Source: Thecamonas trahens ATCC 50062 (taxonomy: Eukaryota > Protista > Apusomonadida). Taken from it: a DNA stretch of 64,000 nucleotides. A program made the position numbers and the translations under genes. The stretch covers positions 232,025 through 296,024 of the forward strand of contig NW_013657630.1 of NCBI RefSeq assembly GCF_000142905.1, read 5' to 3'. The notes beneath the pieces are model-generated. The model was given only the letters and a program-made list of their open reading frames with translations, was not told the origin of the DNA and ran no database searches. Position 1 is the stretch's first letter. Each line of letters begins with the position of its first letter. Of this stretch, positions 10,983 to 23,138 are shown one piece after another.

Positions 10983-13900
10983 ATGGGGAAACAAGCAGAA
11001 TACCTTCTGGTGTTCTTCTTTCTCGTAACCACCCTCCAGCAACATGTGTGGGCAGGCTCTGCTTCCTTCTCATGCACACCATACACAGACAACGTCCTCA
11101 CAACAGCCACAGGTACCATTGCTTTTGTACGTGCTTGCTGTCCGGTCGATGCGTCGAACAACAGCCTTTCTCCCCGCCCCACCCGCAGCCCCCACCCCCT
11201 GTCCTCCTACGCTCGGTATACCTGTTACACCCCCTTCAAACTACCCTATGAGGTATATACCATGCCGATATTCCTCGATGATACCTTTTTTTAGACTCTG
11301 ACAATGGCTATCCCACACCGTAGCGTGTCCAAGCCATGGCCGTCCCTCGCGACTCGGTGTCGGTTCCGAGCGGATGAACCATTCGTTTGGTGGACGAAAG
11401 GCTTTTTTTTGTCTTCTTTGCCGGTGCGAAACCATCAAGGAATTTGCTGGTGCCAGGTGCTCGTGTTCCACACACCACCAAAGTCATATAACATCGGTGA
11501 GGGGTGGGGGGGGGGGATATATGGTGGTGGCAAAGAGTGATGGCGGGAATATCAAAATATTTCCGAGTTCTGGGCTCTCTGTCTTGCTCGCCAGACGATG
11601 CGTGGCCGTTGGTGGTTTTTTTTTTTTTGCACACGGCGCGTTCCGCACACAGCACGCCGTCGTTGTTGACTCGACCTCGCGTTCTGTATCGACCTCCCTG
11701 GCGCATTCCACTCGCCATTGCTTTGCGCCATATCGCCCCTGCCACAGCAAGCTCCAGTCGAAGCGATTTGGCTCATCGATCGAGCGCATCCACGTGGTTT
11801 GATGCCGTTTTTTTATTCCCTCCCTCCATTCTCATCTTCTCACTCACCATCTAACAGGGCACGTATGCGGCCGAGTCTCGTTGTTTCTGGCGTGTCCAAC
11901 CATCCACTGCAGGTGCGACGGACAAGATTCAGCTCACCATCAACTCGTTCGACCTCGAGTCCCTCTTTGACTACATCATGATCTACGATGGCGACAACGC
12001 GGCCGCACCGGTCATCGGCATGCTCTCCGGCACTACGCCGTCGACAACTGTGTTTGTTAGTTCGGGCCCGTCGATGTATGTCGGCCTGTATGCCGACTCG
12101 GGGACCTTTGGCGCCGGCGTCGACTTTGACTACGTCGTGGTCAGCTCGGCCGCAACAACGACACTCGGCCCATTCCGCCACTGCGGGACCGAGATCACCG
12201 CCGCCAGTGGAACCATCGGCGTTCCTGCGGTCGGCCACGAGTACTATCCGCCGTTTCTCGAGTGCATCGTCACACTCACTGTCCCCAGCGGCGCTGTCGA
12301 GCTCTCGTTCCCTTTATTCTCCATTGAGGCCGACTTTGACCTGCTACGCGTCTTTGACGGACCGACCATCCAGTCCGACATGATCGGCGCGTGGTCAGCA
12401 ACGCCGCCACCAGCGAGTGTCAAGGCCTCGCAAGCTTCGGTAACCCTCTATTTCATGTCCGACTACGAGACCTTTGACCTCGGGTTCCAAGTATCCTGGA
12501 GCTCAGGCGCTGGCGCCGCAGCGCCCACGCCGGCCTGCGCCGGCCTCACCACTGTCACCTCGACTGGAGTCTCCATCGAGTCGCACACGCCGTACACCGG
12601 CAACTACGCACCGTACTCGCACTGCGCCTGGCACCTCACCTCGGTCGATGCCACCAAGCTCGTCTCGATCACCTTCTCTACCTTTGTCACCTTGGACGAC
12701 ACTGACTACGTCTACTTTTATGATGGGCCGGACGACAAATCGCCGCTCGTCACCGCCTGGTCGGGCACTCACTCGGGGAGACCATTCGCTCGCTCTCTGG
12801 ACCGTACCTTTACATTGTTTTTGACGCTGATGACTTTGGCCAGTTTGCAGGCTTTACCGGCTCATGGTCGCTGGTCCCTGCCTCGCCTGCCCCGCCCGCG
12901 CCGCCTCCAGACGGGCCCAACTGCGTTGGCCACCAACGAATCACCGTCCCGCCTGGCGGGTCAGGCACGATCTCAATGCCCGACCCTATCACCTCGGCCA
13001 ACTACGCCCTTAATCTGCTCTGCTCCTGGACGCTTGTCGCCGCCTCGGGCACCATCCGCATCACCTACACCATCCACGACCTCGGCGGGGGTGACTACTG
13101 CAGCATCAAGGACGGCGAGCGGCTCAACTCGGTCCCGCAGGTAACCACTATCTCCTCCTCGGTCCCCTTTGTCTTTGAAACGACAGGCAGCACGGCGACC
13201 ATTGACTTTGTCTCGGACTCGGGCGGCAGCTCCGATGGCTTTGTCTTCAACTACGACAACATCCTTCCCCCGGCGCCGCCTCCACCACCCAACCCACCGC
13301 CACCGAGTCCGCCACCGCCGCCCTCTCCGCCACCGCCACCCTCTCCACCGCCGCCACCCTCTCCACCGCCGCCGCCGAGCCCACCGCCACCGCCCTCTCC
13401 GCCACCGCCACCCTCTCCGCCGCCACCGCCCTCTCCGCCGCCGCCACCCTCTCCACCGCCGCCGCCGAGCCCACCGCCACCACCCTCTCCGCCACTTTTC
13501 ACCCTCTCCGTCGCCGCCGCCGCCGCCTCTTTTGTCCACCGCCACCACCCTCCCCGCCGCCGCCGCCCTCTCCACCGCCGCCGCCGTCTCCGCCGCCGCC
13601 GCCGTCTCCGCCGCCGCCGTCTCCGCCGCCATCGCCTTCCCCGCCGCCGCCACCTTCTCCGCCGCCGCCGCCCTCTCCTTCTCCGCCGCCACCGCCCTCG
13701 CCGCCGCCGCCACCACCATCGCCGCCGCCACCGCCCTCGCCGCCACCAGCGATCCCGTCCCCACCACCACCACCCTCCCCTCCTCCGCCTCCTTCTCCAC
13801 CACCTTCCCCACCGCCGCCGCCCTCGCCGCCGCCGCTACCACCACCGTCCCCGCCTCCCCCACCCCCTCCATCGCCATCGCCGCCACCCCCCTCTCCGCC

Positions 13901-16331
13901 GCCATCTCCGCCGCCGCCACCGTCACCGCCGCCACCACCATCACCACCACCGTCGCCGCCACCACCATCACCGCCTACTGTAGCTCCCAAGGTCATTACG
14001 CCCCGAGTGGTATCGGCAGCACCGTCGCTCTCGCCACTGGCGGGCGGTGTCGTCTTTACCCTCACCGGCACAGGCTTTGACGCTGGTCTCACTGCTGTGC
14101 TGGCGACAGCCACTTCGCCCACACTGGCGGTCAACGTCTCGGACGATGGGCAGCAGCTGACCTTTCTGGCGCCGCCACATCCGGTAGCCGAGTACGTGGC
14201 GCTGGAGATGGTGCACCCGACAGGCGGCAAGGGCGTGACGGACGTCTTCTATACCGACGACTGCCCCGAGCCTGGGTGGTTCGGCGTGGGTGCGTCGTGC
14301 CGGCCATGCCCAGCGGGCGGCATCTGCCCCGGCGGCAACCGCGTCTGGCCACAGCCGGGCTTCTGGACGCCTGACGAGGGCGCAGGCTACGTTATCGAGT
14401 GCAAGCCGCCGTCGGAGAGGTGTGCCGGCGGGCGGCAGTCCAGCTGCGGGCCCGAGTACGCCGGGCGGGAGTGTGCGCAGTGCGCGCCGGAGCACTACCG
14501 CGACGGCACACTCTGCGTCTCCTGCCCGCCGTCGAAGGCCGTCTTGGTGGCGCTCATCATGGCCAACGTCATTTTCTACTCGCTCGTCCTCCTCGCCATG
14601 CTCACTCTCTCGGACAAGCACCTCGGCGTGGCGGTGTCTGTCCTCGAAGTAGCGCAGTTTGTCCGCGGCTCACAGCAGGTGGCATCGGTGGCGACCGCTG
14701 AACCGCTGGCTACCGTCTACCGGCTCCTGGCGCTCTCGGCCATGGACGCCGAGTCGTTCCTCCAGCCCGGCTGCTCCATCGCGTCGTCGTTTGTGGTCCG
14801 CTTTTGGGCCTCAGTCTCGATCGGATACGGAACCATGGTTGCCATGCTAGTCGCCATTCTCGCTCTCCGACTCGCGCTCGCGATGTGGGGCTTTACCGGC
14901 CTGGCCGAGTTTTACAAGCATCGCATCTTCCGGGCCGCCACCATTCTCTTCTCGCTTCTCTACCTCGTGGCGGCCTCGTCGTCGTTTGCCGGCGTCTTTT
15001 GCACCGCCGACAACGAGGGCGTGTGGCGGCTGGTAGCCGAGCCGGAGCTCGTCTGCTGGTCCGCCGACCACATGCCGATCTTCCTCGTCTCGCTCGTCAT
15101 CATGCTCGTCCACACACTTGTCGGCGTCGTCGCCGTCTTTGTCTGGCTCGGTAGGTTCTCGTCGGCCTTGGACGCCGCGTACCTGCCTGCCACATCGGCA
15201 CTAGTCAAGGCCTCGTGGACCCGAACCGACTTTGTCATCCGCTACGGCCAGTTCTTCGAGGCCTACGTCGTCTGGTGGGGCGGCGCCCTGCACTACCTCT
15301 TTCTCCTCTCGCTCGCCTCCACCTCAGTCTTCGCCCAGAAGCACAACCTGGCCCAGCTCGGCGTCTCGCTCGGTGCCTCCGTCATCTACCTCGCCGCCAT
15401 CATCATCTGGCACCCGTTCCGCCAACGCTGGCGCGAGGCTCTTGTTGTCGCCTTTCTCGTTCTCGCCTCGGCCATCCAGGTCTCGTCCTACCTCATCAGC
15501 GAGAAGCCGTCGCTCCGTCCGCCCGTCTCGTACTCGCTGATGGGCATATTTGCCATGGCCGTCATCCTCCTTGGCGCCTTTTTCTACACGCTCCGGCGCA
15601 AGGCTCGCGCGCGTGTCGGGCCCACCAAGGACGACCCGTCGGTTCTGGCCTCGGCCACCACCAGCAACGCCTCGAACACCTTCACTACCGTCGTCGAGGT
15701 CTTTGATCCGCCCTCGTCGTCGGCATCGGCTTCCACAACGTTGTCGTCATCGTCGTCCACGTCATCTACCCGCACCTCGTGTCGCGGCAACACGGTCACT
15801 TCCACCACAGAAGTCACCCCGGTTGTCCGGTTTGAGCTCGACGGCGGCCTGGCGGTGTCGAGCGACGATGACGAGCTTGTTGATGTGGGCGTTGTCTCTG
15901 CGGCGCGGCTGGCATTGCCAGCCGCCGCACGGACCAAGGCCTCACTCAAGACCATGCGCCACTCTCAGTCAGCGGTCTCGCCGCGAGAGATAGGCGGTCT
16001 CAGGAACCTCAACAACTTCCGCAACATGCGGCATGTCGAGTCGATGAAGGTGCCGCCGTCGCGCCAGGCCACGCGCTCGGTCTCGGTCTCGATCCCCTCC
16101 GCCAGCCCCTTGGCAGGCTCCAGACCGCGACGGAAGAGGACGTCAAACAAGCGCATCTCGCGACAGAGCGGCCCGATGACCACAGAATCGACTGCACCCC
16201 TCACGTCCACCCCCGGCTCCCCCGCCATCCGACGCGGAGCTCACCGCCGGGGCCGCCGTCGCACGCGGACGACCGAGTCGTCGCATACGGACATCTGCAC
16301 CAGTGCTACCAGCGAGGACTTTTTCACCTAA
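10983..16331 (+). CDS. Cell-surface receptor-like protein: signal peptide, 4 CUB domains, Ser-Pro4 extensin-like stalk, IPT/TIG, Cys-rich repeat, multi-pass TM region, Ser-rich tail. Exon 10983-11126, intron 11127-11857; frame breaks at ~12775 and ~13495-13535
   Basis: Signal-like start MGKQAEYLLVFFFLV. GTACGT donor and CTAACAG acceptor join in phase 0 (GTIAF|GTYAAESRCFW). CUB motifs: FDLESLFDYIMIYDG, FSIEADFDLLRVFDG, DYVYFYDGPD, DYCSIKDGE. IPT-like PRVVSAAPSLSPLAGGVVFTLTGTGF. Cys-rich CRPCPAGGICPGG..GFW..YAGRECAQC. About 7-10 hydrophobic helices follow. Confidence 0.8.
13266..13978 (+). repeat. Coding (S-P-P-P-P-P)n extensin-like low-complexity repeat
   Basis: CCG/CCA/TCT-type repeats; locally irregular sequence at 13495-13535. 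Confidence 0.9.
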
Positions 16332-16555
16332 GCCGCTGCATCTACCTGACCTTGCGTCCGGAGGGTGTTGGACCAGGGGCACTCGGGAGCGCGGCATGCC
16401 CATCGCCTCGATATCGAGAGCCCCCCCCCCCCCCCCCCCCCCTCCCCCATCTCTTGGACTGTACTGTTCATGTTGAGGCTCGCGCGCACAGTTGCGAACG
16501 AGTGTACCATCAAAAGCCAGTACTGGTGTCCTGTAGCGGTGGCTAGTAGTAGTAG

Positions 16556-19500
16556 CTAGTAGTGGCGGTACATGTTCTGCTGCTGGGTGAGGCGGACGTG
16601 AGCCTGAACCCGAGAGCGCTCGAGGACTAGCCGCGACATCTCGTCCTGGTGGGCCTGGACGATGGCGGCGTGGCGGGCTTCGAGCTCTGCTCGTTGCGCT
16701 GCCAGCCGTGCCATCTCTACCCGGGCCGAGTAAGCGTCGTAGACGGCAGAGGCCGGCGGGATGGTAACTTGCGGGCTTGAGGCGGGGATCGGCGCAGGGG
16801 CTGGGCTTGGGGCGGGGCCGGTGCAGGAGCTGGGCTCGGGGCCGGGGCATTAGTAGCAGCGCCAAGTGCAGGATTCAGAGTCTGGGTTGTACCCTGAGTC
16901 GGTGCTGGGCCTGGGGCGCCCGGCTGTAGCTCCGGTGACGGCTCTGGCAACGGCGACGACGATGTCGAATGTGAACCAACAAAGACTCGTAGGTGCTCAT
17001 CGTCAAACGAGGAGGCACGCGGAGGCAGCTTGCCAGAGGGCATGCGCAGATGGTCGAGCGCGTGCACCGGTGCCGACACTGCCAGGTGGGCAAGCGGCCG
17101 GGAACCTGCTGCGGGTGACGGCGAGAGTTGCAGCGGTGCGGGGGTGAGCGGCGTGATGAGCGGCGAGCCAAGCGCCGACGGCATCGGCTTGTAGTAGAGC
17201 GATGAGTTGAGCGACGGCGGGGTATCGGTGACCCGGCGCGGCGACATGCGCACGGCCGAGGACGGGCGTGAGCCAGTACTAGTGGGCGACTGTGCAGCCG
17301 ACTGCGACAACGGCGAGCTGCCGGTTGAGGCAGCACCCATCGGCGATCGTGTCACTGAACCCACGCCCATGCTCATGGCCATACCCATGCTTGTACCCAT
17401 GCTGGTCATCATAGCGCGCTGCGCGTCGAGCACGCCTTGGTTGTACGCCATCTCCTCGCGTTGCGCTTGTAGCATGGCCTCGATACGCACAGCTTCAGCT
17501 GTGGCGGCAGAGGCGGGGCGAGGCACTGCTTCGGGTACAGTGTAGGAGGCGGCTGCAGGCGACACAGTCCGCCGGCGAGGCGACGGGGGCTTTGCCTGAC
17601 TCGGGGCTGTTCGCGGGGAGCCACGCGACGCATGCGATTTGGCCGGGGTCGAGGCAGGTCGGTTCGGGGGCGACTCGCGGTGCACTTGCTGCATGTGTGC
17701 TTGCGGCTGCTGGGCATGGGCGTGGGCGCGGGCGTGGGCGTTGGCGTGAGAAACCGGCGGCGTCGATGCGGCGGGCGTGTAGGTGACGGGCGAGCCGTTG
17801 TTGGACTTGTTGACAAACGAGGCAAAGGCCTCGACTGCGTCGGCGTGCGGCTGGGCGCCCTTTCGCAGCGAGCGGAGCGACTCGGTGACGAGCTTGTCGA
17901 GTGGGGCAGGCGCTGTTGCGGTGTGCTGGCTCCGCGGCGCAATGTCAGGCGTAGTTGGCGTCACCGAGTACGACGCCGGCGACTTGCCGATGCACGACGA
18001 CGACGACGACGCTGAGCCATACGACGATGATGACGACGACGACGAGGACGACGAGCTGCCGCCCTGGGTACGCATGACAGTGGTGTGTCGGGTGGAGCGG
18101 AGCGTCGGGGCTGCTTGTTTTGCCGACTCACCTTTGCCTCTTGTACGGATGGTGGGCGGCGAAATGCTGAGCTGCCGCTGGGAAAGCATTGGCGACGAGT
18201 TGGCGGCGTGTGCGGCGCGGAGACTGTTGCGTAGATTCGGGTGCAAGCGCGGCGACGACGAGACTGAGGAGATGTCTGATGCCGAGCCGCTATCTGGGCC
18301 AGACGAGGAGACGACAAGCGAGTGCGTGGACGAGGCGATACCCCGCGGCCGGATGGCGTCCCATATATCGACCGAGGCGCCTTTGGGCGAGAACGACGAC
18401 GAGTTGGAGAAAGAGTCTGACGAGATCTCATCAAGGAGGACATCAATGAGCTCCAGAGGAAGTTCGTTCTCGGTCCGCGGCTGCTGGCGGACGGTGCGTT
18501 CGTTGTCAGCACGTGGCGATATTTTGGGTCGACTGCGGCCTGCGAGCGAGAAGCTGATGCTTGCGGCGTTACGTGGAGCGGCGGCTATGGCGCGGACCAC
18601 AAGATCTGCATCGCCAGGGCCCTCGTCGGAGAGTACACGTTTTCCATCAGCGCGTCGGCCAAAGCGATCCTCGGGCGAGGCTGAAGCGTTGCGGGTACTG
18701 GAGCCCGAGGTCTGGGCGGTGACCGACCGGGAGCGCGGACGGTCATCTGAGACGTCGAGGTGGCCGCCCGGGGGCTTCGGAGCGTGGCCCTTTGTTTCGC
18801 GCGAGATCGGGCCACGTGAGACAGCTCGAGCCCTGGACTTGACTTTGGAGTTGACAGAGATGCGGAGGCCCGAGTGGCGCTCGTGAGAGAGCCCGCGGTC
18901 TGAGCAGTGTGAACTGCTTCCGGACGAGGCCGACGACGACTTGGAATGGGAGGCCAGTTGGTGGCGGGCGTAGTTAGGCCGCTTGCCCCGCGCCCGGGCC
19001 CGGCGGCGGACGGGCGCTTGCCTTGACCAAGGTCATGCTGAAAGGCGGCGCGCGAGGCTGCACACTCATCGTCGCACGAATCAGAGTGGGTGCCGGAGAC
19101 CGCTGATGATGACGAGGCCGTGAGCGGGTCTTGGGTGATGGTGATAGTAGTTGGAGACGAAGGGGCGGCGCTGCTGTCGAGGCTCAAGGGCTCAGACGCT
19201 GACTTGGGCAGGGCGATGACGTCTCGGAGCGGTTGTGGGAGCGGGAGCGGGGCAAGCCTACGTTGGCGAGTGGGCGACTTGGGCTCGTCGACGGCTTCGA
19301 CACCGCGTGACGAGGTGAGGCCGACCATCTGGGCAGGCGTCCGCGACGACGAGCGGCCATGGGTAGTAGCGTTGGAGACCGAGGTGTCCGCCAGTGAGGA
19401 GCGCGAGCCCGAGTTGGTCATAGTGGGGAGGACACTCGAGTCGTCCATGACCGACTCGGAGAAGGAGACAAAGCCCTGGTCATTGGTAGGCGCAGTGGCA

Positions 19501-22500
19501 AAGTGCGATGGGGCACGGGCTTCGCGGCGCTGGGCAAGGTCGGGGATAAAAGGCGTGACCGGAGTGAGCAGCGAGGACGAAGACGACGATTCCGGCGAGG
19601 GCGAGCGGTGGCGCGAGCGCGAGGACGAGGCAAAGAGCTTGGACGGACCCTGCGAGCGCGAGCGCTTGATCTTGGAGCGGCGAGCAAAGGGGGACGAGTT
19701 GCGGTGACCCGAGATGTGGTGGGACAGACGAGAAGTGGAGCCGGAGGCGAGCGACAAGTGGTTGCGCGAGTCCTTGTTTTTGGGCGTGGACGACTTGCCG
19801 CTGCGCGGCGGGAGGCCTGCGCGCTTGGCGTTGCGGACGGCGATGCGCTGCGAGATGGTGCGAGAGGAGGATGAGCGACCGTTGCCTTGGCGAAAGGGGG
19901 ACTTGATGGCAGGTGCGTTGGTCATGTCCAGCGAGCGGCGGCGGTGTGCGCCGAGGGCGGCGGCGGTCATGGAGGCGCGGCGGCGTTGCTCGAGACCGTT
20001 GCGGACGACAGGCATCTTATTGGTCTCTGCCCAGGGAGCGAGCGAGACCGAGAGCGAGACGGACGATGACGATGATGATGATGAGGAGGAGCAACGTGGC
20101 GAGCGGGACGACGAGTTGGACGACGAGTCCGAGGCGTGCGGTGGCGGGCGTGCGGTGTTTGGTGTTTCCACGGAGCCGGACGACGACGGCGAGGGCGATC
20201 GGGAGGTCGAGAGAGACGAAGCCGAGGGCGAGGAGGGCGAGGCCGATCGGGAGCGTGAGCGTGAGTGCGAGTGCTCGTCGACTTCGGGAATGGCATCTGC
20301 AGACGACATGGTGCCCGAGTGAGAGTCTGAGACGCGGGGCGAGCGAATGATAGACGATGAGTACTCCATCGACTGCGACCGATGCATGCCTGAGGACTTG
20401 CGACGGTTCTGGCGCGGGCCCGATTCCGGTTGCGTTGATGTGAGTGCCGCAAGCGTGACGACGTCGACACGGGACCCGAGTCACCGGCGTTGTGGAAGGG
20501 CGAACGTGCAGCGGAGGAGCGACGGACGTCGCGACTGGCACGGATGACGTCAGGGTGTTGTTCCGACGAGTTGTCAGCGGCTGAGGCCGTGTGCGACGAG
20601 GAAGGCGAGGAGCCAGCGGAGGAAGAGGACGACGAGGCCGACGACGACGAGACCGGCGAGTGGCGGCGGGACGAGTAGGTGGAGCGCTCGTTGCCGTGCA
20701 CTTCGAAGGAGGATGAGCGGCGAACGCGCTTCTTCTTCTTCTTCTTCTTCTTCCGCTTCTTGTGCTTCTGGTGATGGGTCTCGCTTGTGACGGTCGTGGT
20801 TGTGGTGCTGGTTACGGTACCCGAGTATGCGGTTGGCGAGGTGTTGAGGTCGTGGGTATCGGACGAGAACGAGGTTCCGGGATGAGCGTCGCGCATGAGT
20901 AGAGTTGCGGCGCGGGCGCGGGTGGACATGATGGCAGTGGCTGGCGACGACGGAATGGCGACGATGCGGATAGGGTGCGAGTTGTCGACCGAGCCGGCCG
21001 AGGTGGACGAGCTCGAAGTTGACGAGACCGGGGCAATGGAAGCAGAGCCAGCAGACTTTTGCGAGTTGCCCATCTCGGTAAGCTCGTCGTCGGTGGAGAC
21101 GCGAGGCGCGCGATACTTGGACGGCGATGAGGTAGCAGATTGGGTCCGCGAGTGGGTGGGGCGACGAGAGGAGGCGCGTGAGCGTGAGCGTGTGCGTGAG
21201 CGTGCGCGTGCGCGGGTGGCCGCCTGGGAGGCGGTCATGACGTGGCCAGGGCCGACCTCTGCTCCAAACCAGCCACCATCGTCGGGAGCGACGTCTTCAC
21301 GGACGGAGCCGGTGGCGATGTCTTGGATGGCCTCACCAACAAAGTGGCCGGTGTTGCCGATGGAGGAGACGGCAGATGACGAGTCTTTGCCCGAGTTGCT
21401 AGCCGAGGCCTCTGAAGCAGCGGCAAAGACGTCTGTCGACTCGTGCGGAGCGAGAGGCATGGCGGAGCGGGCAGCAGACTCGGAAGCCGGAAGGACAACC
21501 GGGTTTGAGTCTGAGACCGAGTGCAGACCCGCCTCCTTGCGGAGCTTGGCAATGTCGAGCGGGCGGCGAAGCGAGACACCGAGGCCGCCCGAAGATGTCG
21601 ACGAGGATGACGACGAGCCAGCCTGGTTGTCCGTCGAGTCGAGAAGGGAGCGTGCGACGCGGGAGATGGCGATCATGTCCTCGTTGGTGCGGATAATCAT
21701 GTGGTCTGTGGCATTGAGGAGCTCTGACGGGCTGAGGTTGGCCGAGGTGGCGAGTACAGCAGTGACCGGGGCCGACACGTTGTTGCTAATCTCGGATGAG
21801 TGCGGCGAGTCGCCGGCGTCTTCGATCACGGCGCGGAGAATGGCGTCGTTGCTGGACTCGTTGGAGAGGGTGCTTGCGCGCGGGCGGCAGAGTGGCGACG
21901 ACGAGTCCAGATCCGAGTCCGAGTCGGAGCCCGAGGCTGCGAGACGCGAGCGATTACTTCCAAACAGTCCCGACGGAGAGGTGCTCCTTGCACCCGAGGC
22001 GAGCGGGGTGGAGGGCATGGATGCCGGGGTTCTGCGGGCGAGGGGCGACCGCGAGTTCGAGTTCAAGCCGACTGGGCCTTCCACAGACGACGCCTTGGCA
22101 AGCGTTGGTTCGACAGCGACTGCGCCTGGGGACGACGAGTCTGGCGAGAGCGACGTTTGCGAGTGATGAGCTGATGCCGACTTTGGGAGAGGAGACGGCG
22201 ACGTGGCGACAGAGAGCCCGTCCGTCTTGGTCTGGGGAGCCGAATTGAGGTGGTGATCGATGTGATGAGGAGGTGTGAAAGGGTCGGTAGGCGAGGTGGG
22301 AGCAGTGGTGGTCGGATCCGACTTGGTAGCACCCCTACCCATGACACGATCATCATTCGAGTCCAGCCCACTGGCTGCAGAGGGGTGAGGAGAAGACAGA
22401 GGCGAAGCAGTTCCAGTTCCATGACCAGCAAGGTCATCAGCATCTGGATCTCTTGCAGAAGGCTTTGCTGATGATGATCTTGATGAAAAGGCGAGATCGA

Positions 22501-22771
22501 GACTAGCTTCAGCCGCAGCAATGGAAAGGCCACGAGGAGATGGCTCTGTGGCTGATTTTGCTCTTGGAAGCGAAGATGGAGGAGAGTTCGATTCTCTGCC
22601 ATGTTCATGCTCATGGTGATGAAGGTCATGATGATGGTCTTGGTCGGCCTTGTTGCTGTCAGTCTTGACCGCAGTCTGGCTGCTGCTAGAGGCGGTGCGT
22701 CGGAGACTGACGTTGAGCGGTGGGAGGGAGCCAGACCTGGAGGCAGCGGATGAAGTAGTGCCCTTGTGCAT
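16556..22771 (-). CDS. Large (~2,070 aa) Ser/Pro/Arg-rich intrinsically disordered hypothetical protein with a short C-terminal coiled coil; split by three -1 frame breaks (~20471-20477, ~18986-18989, ~16813-16817)
   Basis: ORFs 19967..23323, 18585..20387 and 16717..18600 overlap in successive -1 frames with uniform codon style. A final -1 frame gives ...VYDAYSARVEMARLAAQRAELEARHAAIVQAHQDEMSRL..QQNMYRHY* ending at 16556. The likely start ATG (MHKGTT) is at 22771, next to a (CA)n tract. Confidence 0.65.

Positions 22772-22772
<1 letters not shown>

Positions 22773-22842
<70 letters not shown>
22773..22842. repeat. (GT/CA)n microsatellite, about 35 units, abutting the start of the Ser-rich gene
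   Basis: Directly visible. Confidence 0.95.
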
Positions 22843-22844
<2 letters not shown>

Positions 22845-23138
22845 TGGTGGGTGGGTGGGTGGGTGAGGGGGGGGGGGGGGCGGGTGTTGCGGAGTGGGGT
22901 GGTGCCAATTCCAGGCTTACCAGGGGCGAGCATGTTAACATGTTGGCGATGTGCCACAGCCAAGATGGAGGACAGGGGATGGCAGGGGGCCGGCATGTTG
23001 GCGTGATGGTTGATGCGGTGGGGTTGATTTGATGGGATGATGGGATGATGGGATGATGGGATGATGGGTGTGGGGAGGGGTGTGGGGAGGGGTGTGGTGT
23101 GTGTGTGGTGGGGAGGGGGGGGGGAGGGGGGGGGGGCG

